Translations under genes and position numbers: made by a program
Source of the DNA: Cycas panzhihuaensis
Taxonomy: Eukaryota > Plantae > Cycadophyta
Length of the DNA: 64,000 nucleotides
NCBI GenBank assembly: GCA_023213395.1
Contig: CM041465.1
Span: 169,701,741 to 169,765,740, forward strand
Direction of reading: 5' to 3'
The notes under the pieces: generated by a model
Told to the model about the DNA's origin: nothing
The model's input: the letters and a program-made list of their open reading frames with translations, nothing else
Databases searched by the model: none
Part shown: in pieces, positions 11,706 to 27,479 of the stretch
How positions within the stretch are numbered: the first letter of the stretch is position 1
How the letters are laid out: each line of letters starts with the position of its first letter

Positions 11706-14700
11706 TATTAAGATTTTAACATGGAGAACATTCATCAACCACACAAGAATAATATCAATGAACAAAGATAACATAACAAAATCATAATGCATTAACATAT
11801 CGAAGCACCAAAGACTCAATATAAGCCTTGATGATGTGATGTCTCTATACACTACCTCAACCGCCTTTATATACCAATAGGTGGGAGACTATACAACCCA
11901 AGTAATGCATATGGGACAAATACCTTTGTCTTGACCAATAGCATTATACCACTAACTTGACCAATAAGCTTCTATCTTTTTACATAGTATTATAATGACC
12001 CTTTGACCCTAAGACTTAGGACTATGACTAATAATCCTAGGACCCACTTTTACTTAACCACATACATATTAAACATTATATTCTAACACCTCCCCTTAAT
12101 GTTTAATGTTTAAAGTAAGGATAATTTAACATAATTGACATATATTAATACTTGACTTGAATTTGAGACTATAGACATTAAAGACAACATGACAAGACTG
12201 ACACATGACACTTTGACACATGGCTATCAAGGACTCTAATGCACTTTGTCTTCTTTGAATCTTTAGCATCTTGATATTGGAAAGGTCTTGAACACCATGT
12301 CTTGGGCTTGGTCTTGGTCTTCAATCCTGTAGCGTCGTTTTTGAGGTAGTCCTTTGAACTGACAGTCTTCGAGCTTTACTTCTTTCACCTTCATACACAA
12401 TTAGGAATCCTTTGACATGCAAAGCAAGTAGTGAAAGATGGGTGATTCAGCATGATCCTGTATTTACTCATCAAAGATATCTTTAAGGTGTCCATCAAGT
12501 ATATCTTCTATCACCTATTTACTCCCACTTTCTTTAGTATGTGAGTGACCAAAATAGATGTTAGCAATATCATCATTATCCAAATGCAGCAATGAGTTAT
12601 CAATTAGTGAGACACCATAATCCTCCCTTATAGCAATGAATTTATTGAGATGAGTTCCTATAAGCTGTGTGAGATATCCTATTTTCTCCGTGTCACTCAA
12701 AAGATTCCTTGAACCAAGTAAAATGAGTATCTCGATGATACTTACATGCATATACTTCTCGATTATGAATATACATACATGGAACATCATTTCAATGTGA
12801 TTAACTTTTATGATCAGGTGACCTACCCAAAAGGTAATATGATTTTGACAAGTAAGATTTTGATCATATGGTAACCTCCTTATGGTCCTTCTTTCTTAGG
12901 AACAACTTTCCAGTGTTGTTGTAGGATATGCTGTTATAATTTTGATTCTTTCAAAGATAAGAATAAAAGATGCAACTGAGTTGAAAGAGATCATGGATAG
13001 TTTCCAAAACATGCATATCATTGTATAACCTATCATCATTTGAATTCTTCCTACAACCTGGCCACACAAACTAGGATAGAATTGTCCATACCTTTTGTTA
13101 GGCAACTTGTGTCTTCACAAACTATTATCGGTAAAGATTGATGCCTAGAATCTTCATCTTCCAAAGATGGTTCTTTGATGAGACTTGAGGTATTTGATGG
13201 AGTCATGGCTTTGTCATGCTGCTTTTCCCTTTTTTCTTTCCTCTTCAATTTCTTCCTTTGATTCTTTGCCCTTTTTATTTTCTGCTGCGCTTCTTTAGGT
13301 CCTTTTTCATTCACTTTTGTTAGTAGTTTCCAAGCATCCTCAGCTGAGTTAATATTCTACAAAATTTGGATAATGAAGTTATAGGAAGGAGGGAGGTTAT
13401 CCTTATCAATGGCTGTAAGTATCACGTCAATAACAATTCTGTTTTCCCTTTTGAAAATTTCCTCCCCTTCTTCATGATCCATTTCAGTACCCATAACTAT
13501 TTTCCAAAGTTTCTTCAATATGAATAGGCTCTCCGTCTTAATTTTCCAAAAATAAAAATTAGTTCCAATATATTTGGGCAGAGGAAAAATGAGATCTGAT
13601 AACCAATATTCATTTTTTTCAGGCATAAAGATGATAATGTCACTTAGTTCCATGTGGAAGAGATTGATTTAAGTGCAACTACTTTGCCCAGAACAAACAC
13701 CCTATGATCCCAATATTGATAACTATTTGAAAAATAGATACCTTGAGCAATCCACACTATTTTTGCCCCAACATTAATTTTTCATAGTTTCTATGCACAA
13801 AACAAAATCAGTTAGAATAGGATTCTTGTCTTCAGCAACCCATCCTTAATTGAAGAAAGGAGTCGATCATTAGAAATGAAGATTATTCTTGGTGTCACCA
13901 CTGTCTATTTATAGACCCAGTGATACTGTGCTCAGCTGGCAGTGAATAAGCAAACAATAGTCTTCAAACAACAACAACCTTCAAATAATGATCTTCAAAC
14001 ATTACTTAGGTAAACCTACCTTTATTACCTCATGGTCTCAGCTAGATGATACCTTTGAATTGATAATTTTTCAGGACCTCCTCTAATTTGTTCACACTTC
14101 TAGGGATGATTTTTCGGTCCTCCAAAGTGAGCTTTCCTTCAGAAGTAGGCTGGCACTCAATAGTGGGAATAGTCTGATATTTGGATAGTACAGACTTTTG
14201 CATGGACAGCTTTGACTTCTTTACAATTTTCTTCTCCAGTCAAGAACAGGAATAGCTTGGAGCCTCTCTCATATGTTTTTATCCTTGTAGCCTCCTTGTA
14301 TAATATACTTAAAAAGGCTCCATCCTGTAGTTGGATCCTAGGTTAATCTTTAGTGGTGACCTATGTACTTGATCTCGTGTTAAGTGCTTTTATGGCTATT
14401 GTAGACTGTAAGGTGATATCTGTCTAGCTTCTTACTGCCAACAGACCTTCAGGTAAGATTTGTTCTCCAAATTCTAACTAGTAGACATGATTAGCTATTA
14501 CTAAGGCATAGTGTACTTCTCATCATGACTCCAGTAGATATCATGCTCTATTGATCAAACTTGTGAACACTTCCAGCCTATTATATCCTCAAAAATATAA
14601 TTTGTATCTGGTATCTGACCCCCCATCTGAAAAGGTTTCATGAGATTATTGAATTGGCCATGGATATCTCTACAAACAATAACTAGACTATGAACAGGCT

Positions 14701-16903
14701 ATTTGATATTAGGATGTTTAGCAAGCTTTTTGTATAGAGTATAGGCTACTGTATAGTCATATGAAGCAGTGAGTATAGGCTATTGTATAGTCATATGCAG
14801 TAGGGATAGAACTCTATGGGGCAGGAACTAAGGACTGACTGTAATACCCAAATAATATTCACAGCATGAGCACTAAACTAGCGATGAAAAATCGATTAGG
14901 AACCATCAATTTTACCTGTAATTACTATAGTATTTGATTGCCTGCCACTAAGAGTCTGCCAACACCAATATATGAACAACAAATTCAATGAAAAGAGTCC
15001 ATATATATTCATCAAATTTTCATGTCCCCTTTTCATAAACTTATTGCTGGTTAACCTTGAGTCATCTAGGGCAAGGAAAAAATGACATCGATATCTCTAT
15101 ATCTCTCAGTGGACACTTCACAGATCACAGATTTCTCCAAAGACAAAGAGTAGGGATGGTGACTACTTCAAAATGATGGATCCCAAATTTGCTAACTAGA
15201 TTAATGTAATGCAAGTCTGATCACAAATACTTCTTAATGAATTCACAACATTCTTTAGTCCCTGGTCACATAGTGCCCCAGCAACTGGATTGCCTAGTTA
15301 TTTATAATTTTGAACCTTTCAATCTACCTATCGATGATTTGCGATGATCTATGAATGAATGAATGACCTTTCCAATCTCACTCCAATAAATAATCTCATG
15401 TCAACCCTCAGACCTACTAATGTGTTAATTGTAGAGTTCTTTCAACTGTAGAATTTATAGTGGATAGGTGTTATGGTTACAGTCTAGTTTATGCCTTTTC
15501 AACCCTATATATATTTCAAGGGCCATTGTTCAGTACTACCTAGAAATTAAGTTTCCTGCCAAGACTGCTAAGACTGTGTGATTGACACCATCATCAACCA
15601 ACCTTAGGATTTTTACAAGTTGCAGTGTATTTCTCAGGTAACCAGAATTCTTACTGTTTATTCCTGCAATAGTGGTGCCTTGGATGACAACAATTTGTTC
15701 TACTTTCTATAGTCTTCCATGCAACTGGATTATGAGAATATTATCTTCTGGTTATGCTTTAGCTTCTGGCACAGATATCAGGTGATGTATATTCTAGCAA
15801 CAGTCTGGAGGTAGTTGTGTTTGCCAGTTAGATAGGCGGTTGAGAGAGGATCACGGCTAACCCTTCTCTTGTCACTACTTCTCCATCGATAAGGGTCGTA
15901 CAGTTTAATACAACAGCAACAGAAGTAGGAGGATAAATAATGTTATTGGAGTGGATAGCCTAGGGCATTACCACGGATGCACATATGCATGATAAACTAG
16001 GGTTTTGGCAGTGGATCCAAATGAACAGCTTAAACAGATTGCTTGAACTTTGAATCAATGTTGGCAGCTAATAAGTACTGGCAACCACACTTTTATTGGC
16101 ATGTTATGATTTACACATAATGGCCATAACATAATTTCAACGAATAACCTCCAAGCATTAGTCACTTAGACAACTTTTTCTAATTTCTATCACTTAGTTT
16201 CTTTAGCTTATGGTAGTTATCATAAATTACTTCCAACTTATTCAAGGGACAAACCCTAATACATGATTTCTTTACACACAAGTTTATACGAGTAGAGTTA
16301 GCTGGCAAAAATTTTATCCTACAGTATTAATCACCTTGGGACTTCACCTTCCCAATCCAAATCCTCAATCTAGTAGAAGGTCTTACAAATCTCCCTTCAG
16401 CACCACCACATTCTCAACACGTAACCTCTTAAATCTTCATTTTGTTTATCACCCTAATGGAGTCTCCTTCCTTCCTCATCTGCACACAAGGGCCTTAACA
16501 TGCAACCTTCTCTGATACCATGTTAAGATTTTAACATGGAGAACATTCATCAACCACACAAGAATAATATCAATGAATAAAGATAACATGACAAAATCAG
16601 AATGCATTAACATATCAAAGCACCAAAGACTCAATATGAGCCTTGATGATGTGATGTCTCTATACACTACCTCAACCACCTTTATATACCAAGAGGTGGG
16701 AGACTATACAACCCAAGTAATGCATGTGGGACAAATACCTTTGCCTTGACCAATAACATTACACCACTAACTTGACCAATAAGCTTCTATCTTTTTACAT
16801 AGTATTATAATGACCCTTTGACCCTACGACTTAAGACTATGACTAATAATCTTAGGACCCACTTTTACTTAACCACACACACATTAAACATTATATTCTA
16901 ACA
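11706..16903 (-). mobile_element. Element D: TR-GAG-like non-autonomous LTR element (Copia-type gag, no pol); LTRs 11706-12088 and 16521-16903
   Basis: 383-bp LTRs with ~17 mismatches by eye. rc PBS CTCTGATACCA abuts the LTR at 16510-16520. PPT rc ATTAAGGGGAGG at 12089-12100. Only a gag-like ORF was found inside. TSD not recovered. Confidence 0.92.
12240..13653 (-). pseudogene. Disrupted gag-like ORF of D (Copia gag N-terminal/UBN2-type domain plus long unannotated C-terminal extension)
   Basis: PLPKYIGTNFYFWKIKTESLFILKKLWKIVMG...SAEDAWKLL is a typical Copia gag N-terminus. The track ORFs 13051-13314, 12896-13105 and 12515-12790 continue it, ending in ...YRIEDQDQAQDMVFKTFPISRC. Confidence 0.75.
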
Positions 16904-18854
16904 TTCATTAATCGCGTTGCCTTCCAACTAGTGTACACATTCAAAACCATAGATGTCTTCTTTTATTTATTTCCTATATTGCTCATTTCTACAACCATTA
17001 TAGTTAATAACAATAAGAGAATAAGTTATTCCATGCATAAAAAATCTATAAAAAAAGATATTAGTTGTCCATTTCTCATTGGTTTTACCCTAATCTTATT
17101 GTCTCCTCTTATTAACCTCTATGTTTCTGTGATTCTTGGAGGGCATTGTGTGTCATGCCTTGATTTTATGTGCATTTATATATTCTCTTCCGATATCTAT
17201 CCATTATATTGGCCTTATCGATTAAGGATTCTACGTCTCTTTATACATCTTTTTCCATCATATATTTGCCAATTTTCTTCAAGTGCTTCATTTCTGCATT
17301 TATAACTTTGCTCCATCATATGGTCTAATGCATAAGAACCACAAACATGAATGAAACCAATGCCTCACTATCTAAAATCATCATTTTTATTTATGGCTAA
17401 TTATTTGGATAGTTTTTACATGGTAGATTCCTATGGTTTTGGTAGTTGTATATTTGCACACTTCATATAAAGAGTCATTTATGCAAATATCCATTTTATG
17501 CAACTTATTATAAATGCTTGCATGGAGCCTCACATAATTCCATAGACTACATTGCCCTCTAGCACTTCATGTATCAATCACTTCATTCACAACCTCTTAT
17601 TAGATTTTGTATCTCAATGCATACTTCATAATATTATTGTGTCTTCTTATATCAACATTTGGGGCTGAATGTTTGAGTTGCAACATTACAATCTTTTATT
17701 AATAGTTGTGCTTACTTACATTTCTTGTGATATTCTTTGTTTATATATTTTTCACACATTAATTTTTATGGCTTATTTACATTTACTTGCTTGCTTTATT
17801 TAATAATTGGTGGTTATATTTATTTAACCCTTGCTTTCTTGCTTTACTTAACCATTGGAAGTTGCATTCATACTTGTTAATTAGTGGCTCAAATTCCTAT
17901 AAAATTTGAGCTCTATCACAAACCTATTAATATGATCTACATAGCCTACTAATGGATCTAGTGATTGTAGACCCAAGAAATCTAATATAGGATTTACATT
18001 TTGAAGACAGGTAATAGCAAATTTAACACATCCAAAACAAATTTATGTCTCAAAGAAAAGATTTTCTTGAATGTAATTTAGCCCTAGCATCTTCATGTCA
18101 AAGGTTAAGAGTTTTTATTTTTTGTTTATCTGGAGAAATTTAATATTCTTATAGAGTCTAAACCTTGTAGATCCTACTTTTATCACTAAGCTATAGGTCA
18201 CATTATAGAGAAAAATAATTAGGAGATCATTTTTCAAAGGGGCCAATTTATTTTTTTAAGAAAGCTAACTTAAATCAAGTACCTGTTTATGTTTCAATAG
18301 CAATATCAATCACCAATAGGGTATGATTTCCATTTTTTCAACTTCAAGGCATTCTACACTCCTACCCAAATGAAATGAGTGGTCATATGACTATGTTTGG
18401 TCTTCATTCGATAGCATTTTTAATGATTAAAAATTGATCAAAGTTTTCTTTATGATTCATATACTAAAGGGTTGTTTACCTCCTTATACTTTTAATATAT
18501 AACTTGGTTATATGAAGTCAAAATTAAGTGTCATTTGAGGCATTGGGTTCCTATTTCAATCCTCTATTGAGTGGATGATTTTTTAAGTTTTTTTGAAGTC
18601 AATTGATATAATATTTTATTAACCAAAGTTAATGCTAATTTTGGGCTTTCTATATGATGACCCTTAAACAATCTAGCAAATTCTAGTTTATAAACACTAT
18701 TAATATAAAAATCTTAATTTAGAGGAGGTTAAGTCCCAATTAGGACACTTGTACATGTCCTGAAGTTATTACCTTCTTTAGTTATTTTCTTTATATTTCT
18801 TTTCAAGTACTTTACCTTTTCAAGTAGTTATTTTTTAAGGTAAATTTTCTCATT

Positions 18855-19317
18855 ATGGCCTCAAGTATTAGTAATGTAATGGTGCCAAAGTTAGATGGTA
18901 GTAACTTTTTAAATTAGAGTAGAAGAATAAAATCCATTTTTATATCCAAGAACATGTGGGAATTAATTGAAACAAGTTATGGAGCCCTTGTTGTTAATGC
19001 TACTAAAGACAAAAGGAAGACCTATGGGGATAATAAGAAATGAGATAATAAAACTTTGGTGTTTATCTTTATGATGTGAAGGATCATATTTTTTCAAGAG
19101 TGAGTAAAGCTTCCATATCAAATGAAGTATATGACATATTGAAGACCACTTATGAAGTAGAAACTACATTGGAAGTCTACACTTTGAGAAGCAAGTTTAA
19201 GAACTATAGGATGAATAACAATGAAGGTGTGAATGATTTCATTATAAAAATTTAAGGCCTAGTCAACCAAATAAGAGTCTTAGGAGAAGTCATAAGTGAA
19301 TAAAGAGTAGTAGAAAT
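18855..19317 (+). pseudogene. gag: Element C gag, 5' part (interrupted by G)
   Basis: MASSISNVMVPKLDGSNF...MWELIE...LGEVISE*RVVE. The frame continues as IILRCVSDIK at 36680 once G is removed. Confidence 0.85.
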
Positions 19318-19619
19318 TATAGCTATTTAGGATAGAGCAAAACAAAATATTATAAAGCCATTATTAACATAATCTCAAAGTATCAACAAAATTCTAAAAT
19401 TATATAAGCAATATTAAGAAACACCTTCAGGCCATGATGCCCATTTAAATAGTCAGGATCTTGGGCTTGCCCAATGTCTACCGACATTTGGTGTTAAAAA
19501 TACCATTAATAAATTAGGTGAGTAGGTTGACCAGAGTGGTTGGAGTTGGCTCCACACCACCCAATGCTGACACAGTTTTTAGGTTCTGAAATGAACATTA
19601 TCTAACATATCTCTCCCAT

Positions 19620-22600
19620 AATATTCATTAGGGAAAACTCTAACCTTATTTCTAAATTTGTAAAACTTGATTTTTCCAAGAGCCTTAGTGAAGATATCTA
19701 CCACCTGTTCATCTGTACTATAGCAAACCAATTCAATCTTGTCAGCTTATACCAATTCCCTGATAAAGTGATTTTATGTTTCAATATGCTTCATTCATCT
19801 ATGAAACACTGGATTATGTGTCATTTAAATTATACTTTAATTGTCACACATTATATGTGTAGGTCGATCCTATTTTATTTATAGGTCTTAGAGTAATTGA
19901 CGTAGTTAAACTATTTTGCATGCTCCTCCTACTACTACTTTATATTGTACTTCTATAGTAAACAAGCATATTGTGTTCTGCTTCTTGGTACTCTAAGTAA
20001 TTGATGTTGATCCTATGATAAAAGTGTAATTAGATGTATATTTCCTATCATTAACACAACTTACCTAGTCTAAATTTGTATAGCTAATCAAACTAAAATT
20101 TATTGAGAACTTATAATATAACCTATAGCTAATTATACCTTTTAAGTATTAAAGTATTCTCTTCGCTATCTACTAGTGTGATATCTTAAGTTCTTGTATA
20201 AACCTATATATCATACTTACTGAATACAAGATATCAAGATGAGTTGATATTAAGTAAATTCTACTAATCAACTACCTATAAAGTATAGGATCGACTGATA
20301 TAGAATCATTGAACTTAGATAATTTTATTCAAATTTCTGCTAGTGTAGCCATGCCTTATAATCATTCATCTTGAACTTTTGAAATAAATCCAGGGTATAT
20401 TTCCTTTGAGATACAAATATCCCATTTTCATCTTGCAATGCTTCCAAACCTAAGAAGTAATGGATGAGACCTAAGTCAGTCATCTCAAATTCTTTACATA
20501 TATCATCTTTGAACTTTTGTGATAATTGAGTGTTATTTCTCGTGTAGACTAAGCCATGAACATATAGTCCCACAATAAGTATTGAGTCTCTTTCAATCTT
20601 ATATAGGTTAGGATTTGATTAACTTCTTTTAAACCTTTTGTCTTTGAAATATTTATCTATCCTAGAATACCAAGCTCTAGGTACTTATTTTTATCCATAT
20701 AAGGCCTTCTTCAGTTTATATACCTTGTTTTCCTCTTCATTGACTTTAATGACTTTGGGTTATTGTATATAAATCTCTTTTTCTATTTGTATATTTAAGA
20801 AGGTACTTTTAATATCCATTTATTGGATGGTTATATTAGATGATATAATAATGATGTTTTAGAGGCAAAAATTTTAATGGATTGGTAGCATAGTTTCTTC
20901 CAAACTTCTGTGGGATGATCCAAGGGGAGCGGGATACCCCTTAGCTAGGGGATATGGGGGGAGCCATAATCCCCCCAACAAAGAGAGGGTTTGAGGGTAG
21001 TAGCCTCTAAGACAGAAAGCTAGCACCATAAAACATACTAAATTGTAAAGAGAATAAGGATCATTCATTCAAAATACCCTAAATTTGATGGTCGAGATTT
21101 GTGCCTTGTATGACTCTCTTATATAGCTTAATTTAGGATGTTTTTTCATTATATTGATGGTATTCAATGTATTGGATGTATTGTATTGAGAAGAGGGTGC
21201 TAGTTATTATTGCTGTGAGTATTCTGCTACAGATTATATCCATTTCTCGATTAGTAGATAATAAAGATTGATACCTTTCCTGTGTGGATATTTTCCTAAC
21301 ACACTTTTAGGGTTTTACCATATTATATTTGGTGTATATGTGATGCTATGACTTTATAATTTATTTATTATATTATCTTTGGTTTAAGAACTTGCATGTT
21401 AAATTTTAGTTTCAATTCCTATAACTAGTTACAAAACAGTTTAGATCTTGGTGGCAGTTTCTAGTTATTAGGACCTAGTTTTCCCAAAAGGTCTATCCCT
21501 TTTATATAGCAAGACTCAATATAAGGTGTATATTTTCTATTCTAGCCACATGAGTAAATGTTTTGTTGTAGTCAATTCCTTTAATTTGAGCATACCCTTT
21601 GGCTACTAGCCTTGCTTTATACTTGTCAATAGAGCTATCTAACCTGAATTTTATTTTGTAAACCTATTTGATGTCAATTATTAATTTGTTTGAAGGGAGA
21701 TCTATTAGTTCCCATGTGCCATTCTTGACCAAAGTATTGTACTCCTCCTGCATTATATTTTTCCATTCTTTTTTAGTATTAGCCTCTTCAAAGGTATGAG
21801 GCTCATGTGATTCCATGGCTTGGCTCATTAGAGCGAAGTTGATCCTATTAGAATGTGTAGATCTCCTTTCAAAATTGTTATCTAGTATATTTGCTAGGTC
21901 ATATCATCGTTGGACCAACTTTGGAATATTTTGACTAAATGTGGAAGGTCCAGCCTCATTAGGACTTGATTAATATATAAGGCATATTTGTCGACTTGGG
22001 ATATGAATCAAATTTCACTATGTTATTTTTCCCTTTGTCTTTTTTAATTTCTACTTTATAATAATCATCCTCTTTGAAGACAACATCTCTACTCATGATT
22101 ATTTTCTTTTATTTAGGGTTAAATAACTTATAGAATCTAGATATATTATAATATCCTATAAATATGCATTTAGTATATTTATCATTGAGTTTCATTCTCT
22201 TTTACTTTGGTATATAACCAAATGCTAGACAACTAAAGATTTTTAAGTGATAAATACTTGGCTTGTGTCTTATCTAAGCCTCTTCTGGTGTATCTCACTT
22301 AAGGGCCTTAGTGGTATACTTATTTAATATATAAATAATTATATGTATGGATTCTACCAAAAATTCATGCCCAAGTTGCTTTTCCTTAAGCATGTACCTT
22401 ACCATCTCAATAATGGTCCTATTCTTTCTTTCTGTTGCTCCATTCTATTGTGGAATATATGGAATGGTATATTGTCTCCTTAAGCCATGATGGATACAAA
22501 AATCTTTGAATTTATTCAAGGTGATTTCTCCTCCATTATCTAATTTAAGAGAGAGGATCTTATGTCCACTTTATTTTTTCATAAGGATTTGAAGTTAGTA

Positions 22601-24558
22601 AAACATTGGTAGGCATCTTGTTTGAACTTTAGAAAATATACCTAAGTTTTTCTAATAAAGTTATCAATAAACATCACGAAATATTTATCTCCTCCAAGTG
22701 AGGGTATATCTATGGGACCATATAAATCTATGCAAATTAATTGGAGGGGACCTTGTGCTCTATAACTAATACTTGGAAAGCTCTCTCTATGTTGCTTTCT
22801 AAATTGACAACCTTCACATATTTCTTTATTTCCCTCAATGGTAGGCAAACCCTCAACCATTTCCATTCTTTTCATTAAGGCTAGGCTGCTACAACTTAGA
22901 TGACTAAATCATTTATGTTATATATCACTTCCAACTTTAGTAGACGCTTTCAAAGCATAATTATCTATTGGAGGAATGACTAGCTTAAATAGTTTGTCAG
23001 TAGTTATTTGTCCCTTGGCTATAATAGCTTTATTCATCCTTTTATCTTTAATTGTATATTCACTACTATTGAAGATAACCTTGTAATTCTATTCCATCAT
23101 CTGACATATCAAAAGTAGATTCTTCTTCAAGTAGGTACATGTAGTACGTCATCAATTTACCTAGTTTATCTTGATTATGTGGTTATGGTAATGTTGTCTT
23201 TGCTAATTAACTCATGTATAGTATTATCCCTAAACATAATCTTTCCCTTTTTAGTTCTATTAATAGTCTTAAAATTTTTCTCCTTATCGGTCATATGGGT
23301 TGAGTATCCTTAATCTATATACCAACTATCCTCTTCTTCACTAGCTACAAAGCTTGATAGGAAAAGTCTATCATTGTCTCTACTTTTAGTTATGGTATTT
23401 GCACTTCCTCTTTGTTGACTTGAATTTTTGGCAAAGCAACAGTCCTCTATGTGTCTACTTTTATGGATATATGGGCATTGAGTTAGTTCTCTATTTCTTT
23501 GACTATGGCTTCTTCTTCTAAAGGATCCTCTTCTTCTAGAGGTTGATCTCCCTCTTTTAAATAATACAATTTAATTTTGCCCTTAATAATTCACATGATT
23601 TTATCCTTGAAAATATTAACTTAGTCTTGGACAACTTCCTTATCCTTGATAATTATTACATCCATAGCAATAATGATTTTATTCTTGTATTCTACCATGA
23701 TTATGGAAGTGGTACCTCCCTTGGTACATCTTATTTGGTGGTTGGTCTCTTTGATGAGGTTTTTGATATTTTTAACTTGATTCTTGATACCTAGGATTTG
23801 ATTCTTGATATGTCCTTTAGTTCCTAGGATTTAATTCTTGATATGTCCTTTGGTTCCTTTCCTCTCTTCTAGGGGATGTATCCCTCCCTCTAAAACTTTG
23901 TTCTTGGTTAATTTGCTTGATCATTATCTTTGTGGCAAAGGTATGTTCTAAGGTTTCATACCCACCTTTCTTCTCTTCTATGATAAGAAGCATGGCACTT
24001 AATTGCTCAATCTTTAAGGTACTTAGATCCTTTGAAACTTCAATACTTGTGGCTACTATTTTGAATCTTTTAACTTCTCCAACATATCTTAATATTCTGT
24101 CTATAATCCTTGGTTCAATTAACACTTCTCCAAGGGATCTTATCTATTTGACTAAGCCTTAAACCTTAGTGATGACTTTATTGATACTCTCTTAGTGACA
24201 TCTTCAAGTTTTAAAATTTGTTTCTAAGATATTAAAACTCAGTAGATGTAGCTCCTTCATAAATTAACTTTAGAGTGTTACAAGCTTCCTTTGATATAGT
24301 TACTTTACTAACTCTAAGGAATATATGGTCCTCTAAAGCACAAAAAATAAGAGCTAAGGCTTCATTATCTATTTTAACACATTCTCTATAAACAAGTTTC
24401 TCATCTAAAGTAGCATTTTCTCTAATGTCATCAAATTTGACTTTGCTAAATTCTCATGTATCTTTGGCTATGAAAATTGGTTTTATTCTTTTACTCTAAT
24501 TAAAGAAGTTGGTTTCATCAAATTTAGGTATGATCATGTTCCTAAAGGTTGTTGCCAT
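19620..24558 (-). pseudogene. gag-pol: Element G gag-pol remnant (gag, PR, GAG-pre-integrase, IN, RT, RNase H)
   Basis: ATG at 24558 (MATTFRNMIIPKFDETNF). Motifs SIEVSKDLSTLKIEQL; CEGCQFRKQHR...DLYGP; YKARLVAKGYAQIKGIDY; EFEMTDLGLIHYFLGLE; EQVVDIFTKALGK. Many stops and frameshifts. Confidence 0.92.
20832..21487. mobile_element. Element H: solo LTR (~656 bp) inserted in the RT of G
   Basis: Interrupts the RT exactly between ...KG*T and IQ*MDIKSTFLN. Flanks ATGGT/AAGGT (4/5). GC-rich stem-loop-like block at 20922-21010 and a TATA-like box near 21120. No PBS or internal region. Confidence 0.75.
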
Positions 24559-26022
24559 TATAACTCAATTATCTTTAGTGTACCCTAAAAAATTTAAAGT
24601 GTACTTTTATCCTATTTACTTAAGGGGTTTCTAATCTAGAGTTCTGCATGTTAGAATCTCCAAGGAAATCTCTCAATTATTATCTTATCTAATGGCACCT
24701 ACTCATAAGTGATAAACTAGGGATGCAATATATTGATATGTAAGCTTAAGGCTCAATATACCTTAGTATGTGAGCTATAAAGAAGGTCAAAGACCCCTCT
24801 AATTTATTACTCCACCTGTACTAAACTTATTCCTAATGACAGATTTAACATTGAGGGCTTGACTAACCAAGGCATTTAACCCCTCCAGGTTTAGCCTAGT
24901 CTCTAAACTCCAAAATGAAAAAGGTTCTCTACCTAAGCCTGCTATTTAATACACCAGGTAATAGTTTCCTTAATAACTTAGAGTACACCAAAGGCATTTA
25001 TAGGGTGGTAACTTTAAGGGTCCTAACTATTCCCCTTACAAGGCAAGAAGAATAGGGTGGTTGATTTGGGAGTTATCTTATTAATGTGTAAAAATTAATA
25101 TTAATTATGGTCTTCTTTATAAATAATGTTTCTTTTACCAAAAATTTAAAAAACTTGTAAGTGAATAAAATGAAATTAAATTAAATGACACTAAATGAAG
25201 TAATCTAAGATGGTAAAAGGGTTTATTGAGCTCTTGTTTATTTCACTTTCAAGAGAAAACCTATATAAAATTAATCTCAAAATATTTATGAGTTGAAATA
25301 ATAGACTAAAATCTACTAACAATAGTTAGTATAATGATGTAGTATCAATATCCTTGAGAAAACTTAAAAAATAGCTTTAAAACAATGAGAAAATACTCAA
25401 GTAAGGATCATCAAAGTAAGTCAATTTAAGTAGCTTAAAATTCCTACAAAATAACTATAAATTGGTCCTAAATGATTCTAAATTGAAGATCTTTGAATCA
25501 ACTTTTCGATAGTTTAAACTGTTAAAAAAATAGATTCTTAGGTAAAAAATTATTGTAAAAAGAGTGAAGATAGCTCTTTATGTCTAAAAATCAAAAGAGG
25601 GAAACCTGAAGCCCCTTTAGCAAGTCAATCCCTAGTCACTGAATCATAACATATGACCACCGACTAGCAAAAATGGGGTTATAGACCTCAAATTTATAAA
25701 ATATAACTAAATGTCTTAAAATATAAAATTGTAAGAAAGAGCTTAATCTAATTTCAAATTTGCCCCAGTGGAGGGTCAAGTGGGCATAACAAGGAGACCA
25801 CCGACTAGCAAGTAAGAGGGCCAAGAAAATCCAAACTTAATTTAATTTAATTTAATTTTTTGAAAACTTTGTAAAAAAAATATAAATAAATGTTTAAAAA
25901 GAAAAAATCACACAGATGATAATGGATAATTTATATAATGATTAATCAATTTAAATTGATAAAAAAAATTTATAAACAGATCAAAAAAAAGAAAAAAGGA
26001 TCAATCAGATTGACTCAGCAAG

Positions 26023-26725
<703 letters not shown>

Positions 26726-27479
26726 GGAAGGATGGATCTAGGAGATAAATCACACATATGTACACAATGGCAATGGAGAATGAAAAAGAAGATGAAACAA
26801 GATATAAGAGCAAGCTTGGAGGTGAGAATGAATAATGACTCCCTCCTTGAGATTTCACATTTTATTATTGAGGGTGAGTATTAGGGTTAGGATTTTCTTG
26901 CCTAATGACATGAACCCAAAATTACATCTAAATGTAAAGTACATTTCATTAAGAGACTAATGCTAACATTATATCCTAAGGTCACATAATTAATTTACAT
27001 AAATGACCTTGATACATTAACCTCTTTCAATCCCTCCCTTAATGGTGGAAGATCATTTTTAGAAAATCTATTCTATGAGGTCTTCATTTGAGGCTCATTA
27101 TTATATTGAAATTCTAAATAACACTTTTGTGGGAAAACCCTCATGGGAAATAAAAACCCATGAACTTTCTAAGATCTTTAGCCCCTTTTATAAATCAAAA
27201 TGGCTAAGACAGCTCTTTGATGTAGCCTGATAGCTAAGTAGCTTAAATATGTAACTTAATCTGCTAAGTCTCCATATACTGTTTGGTCATCCCCTATGCC
27301 CTTTTGGGTTTTCACAGGTTCTGATTTTCTAAAATAAGTACAACCCTTATCCTTCCATGCCCACATGGGGTTTTCACAAAGAGGATAGAGTAGAGACTTA
27401 CTTTTATTCTTTTGCACCCACAAAAGGGGTTTCCACAAAGAGAATAGAGTATGATGATCTTGTTGCCATCTTCTTTGAT

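Noticed and set aside
16931-17640. 124-aa ORF and neighbouring sequence as a captured gene or DNA-transposon fragment in the leader of C
   Set aside because: No recognisable motif on either strand; low-complexity hydrophobic composition typical of spurious AT-rich ORFs.
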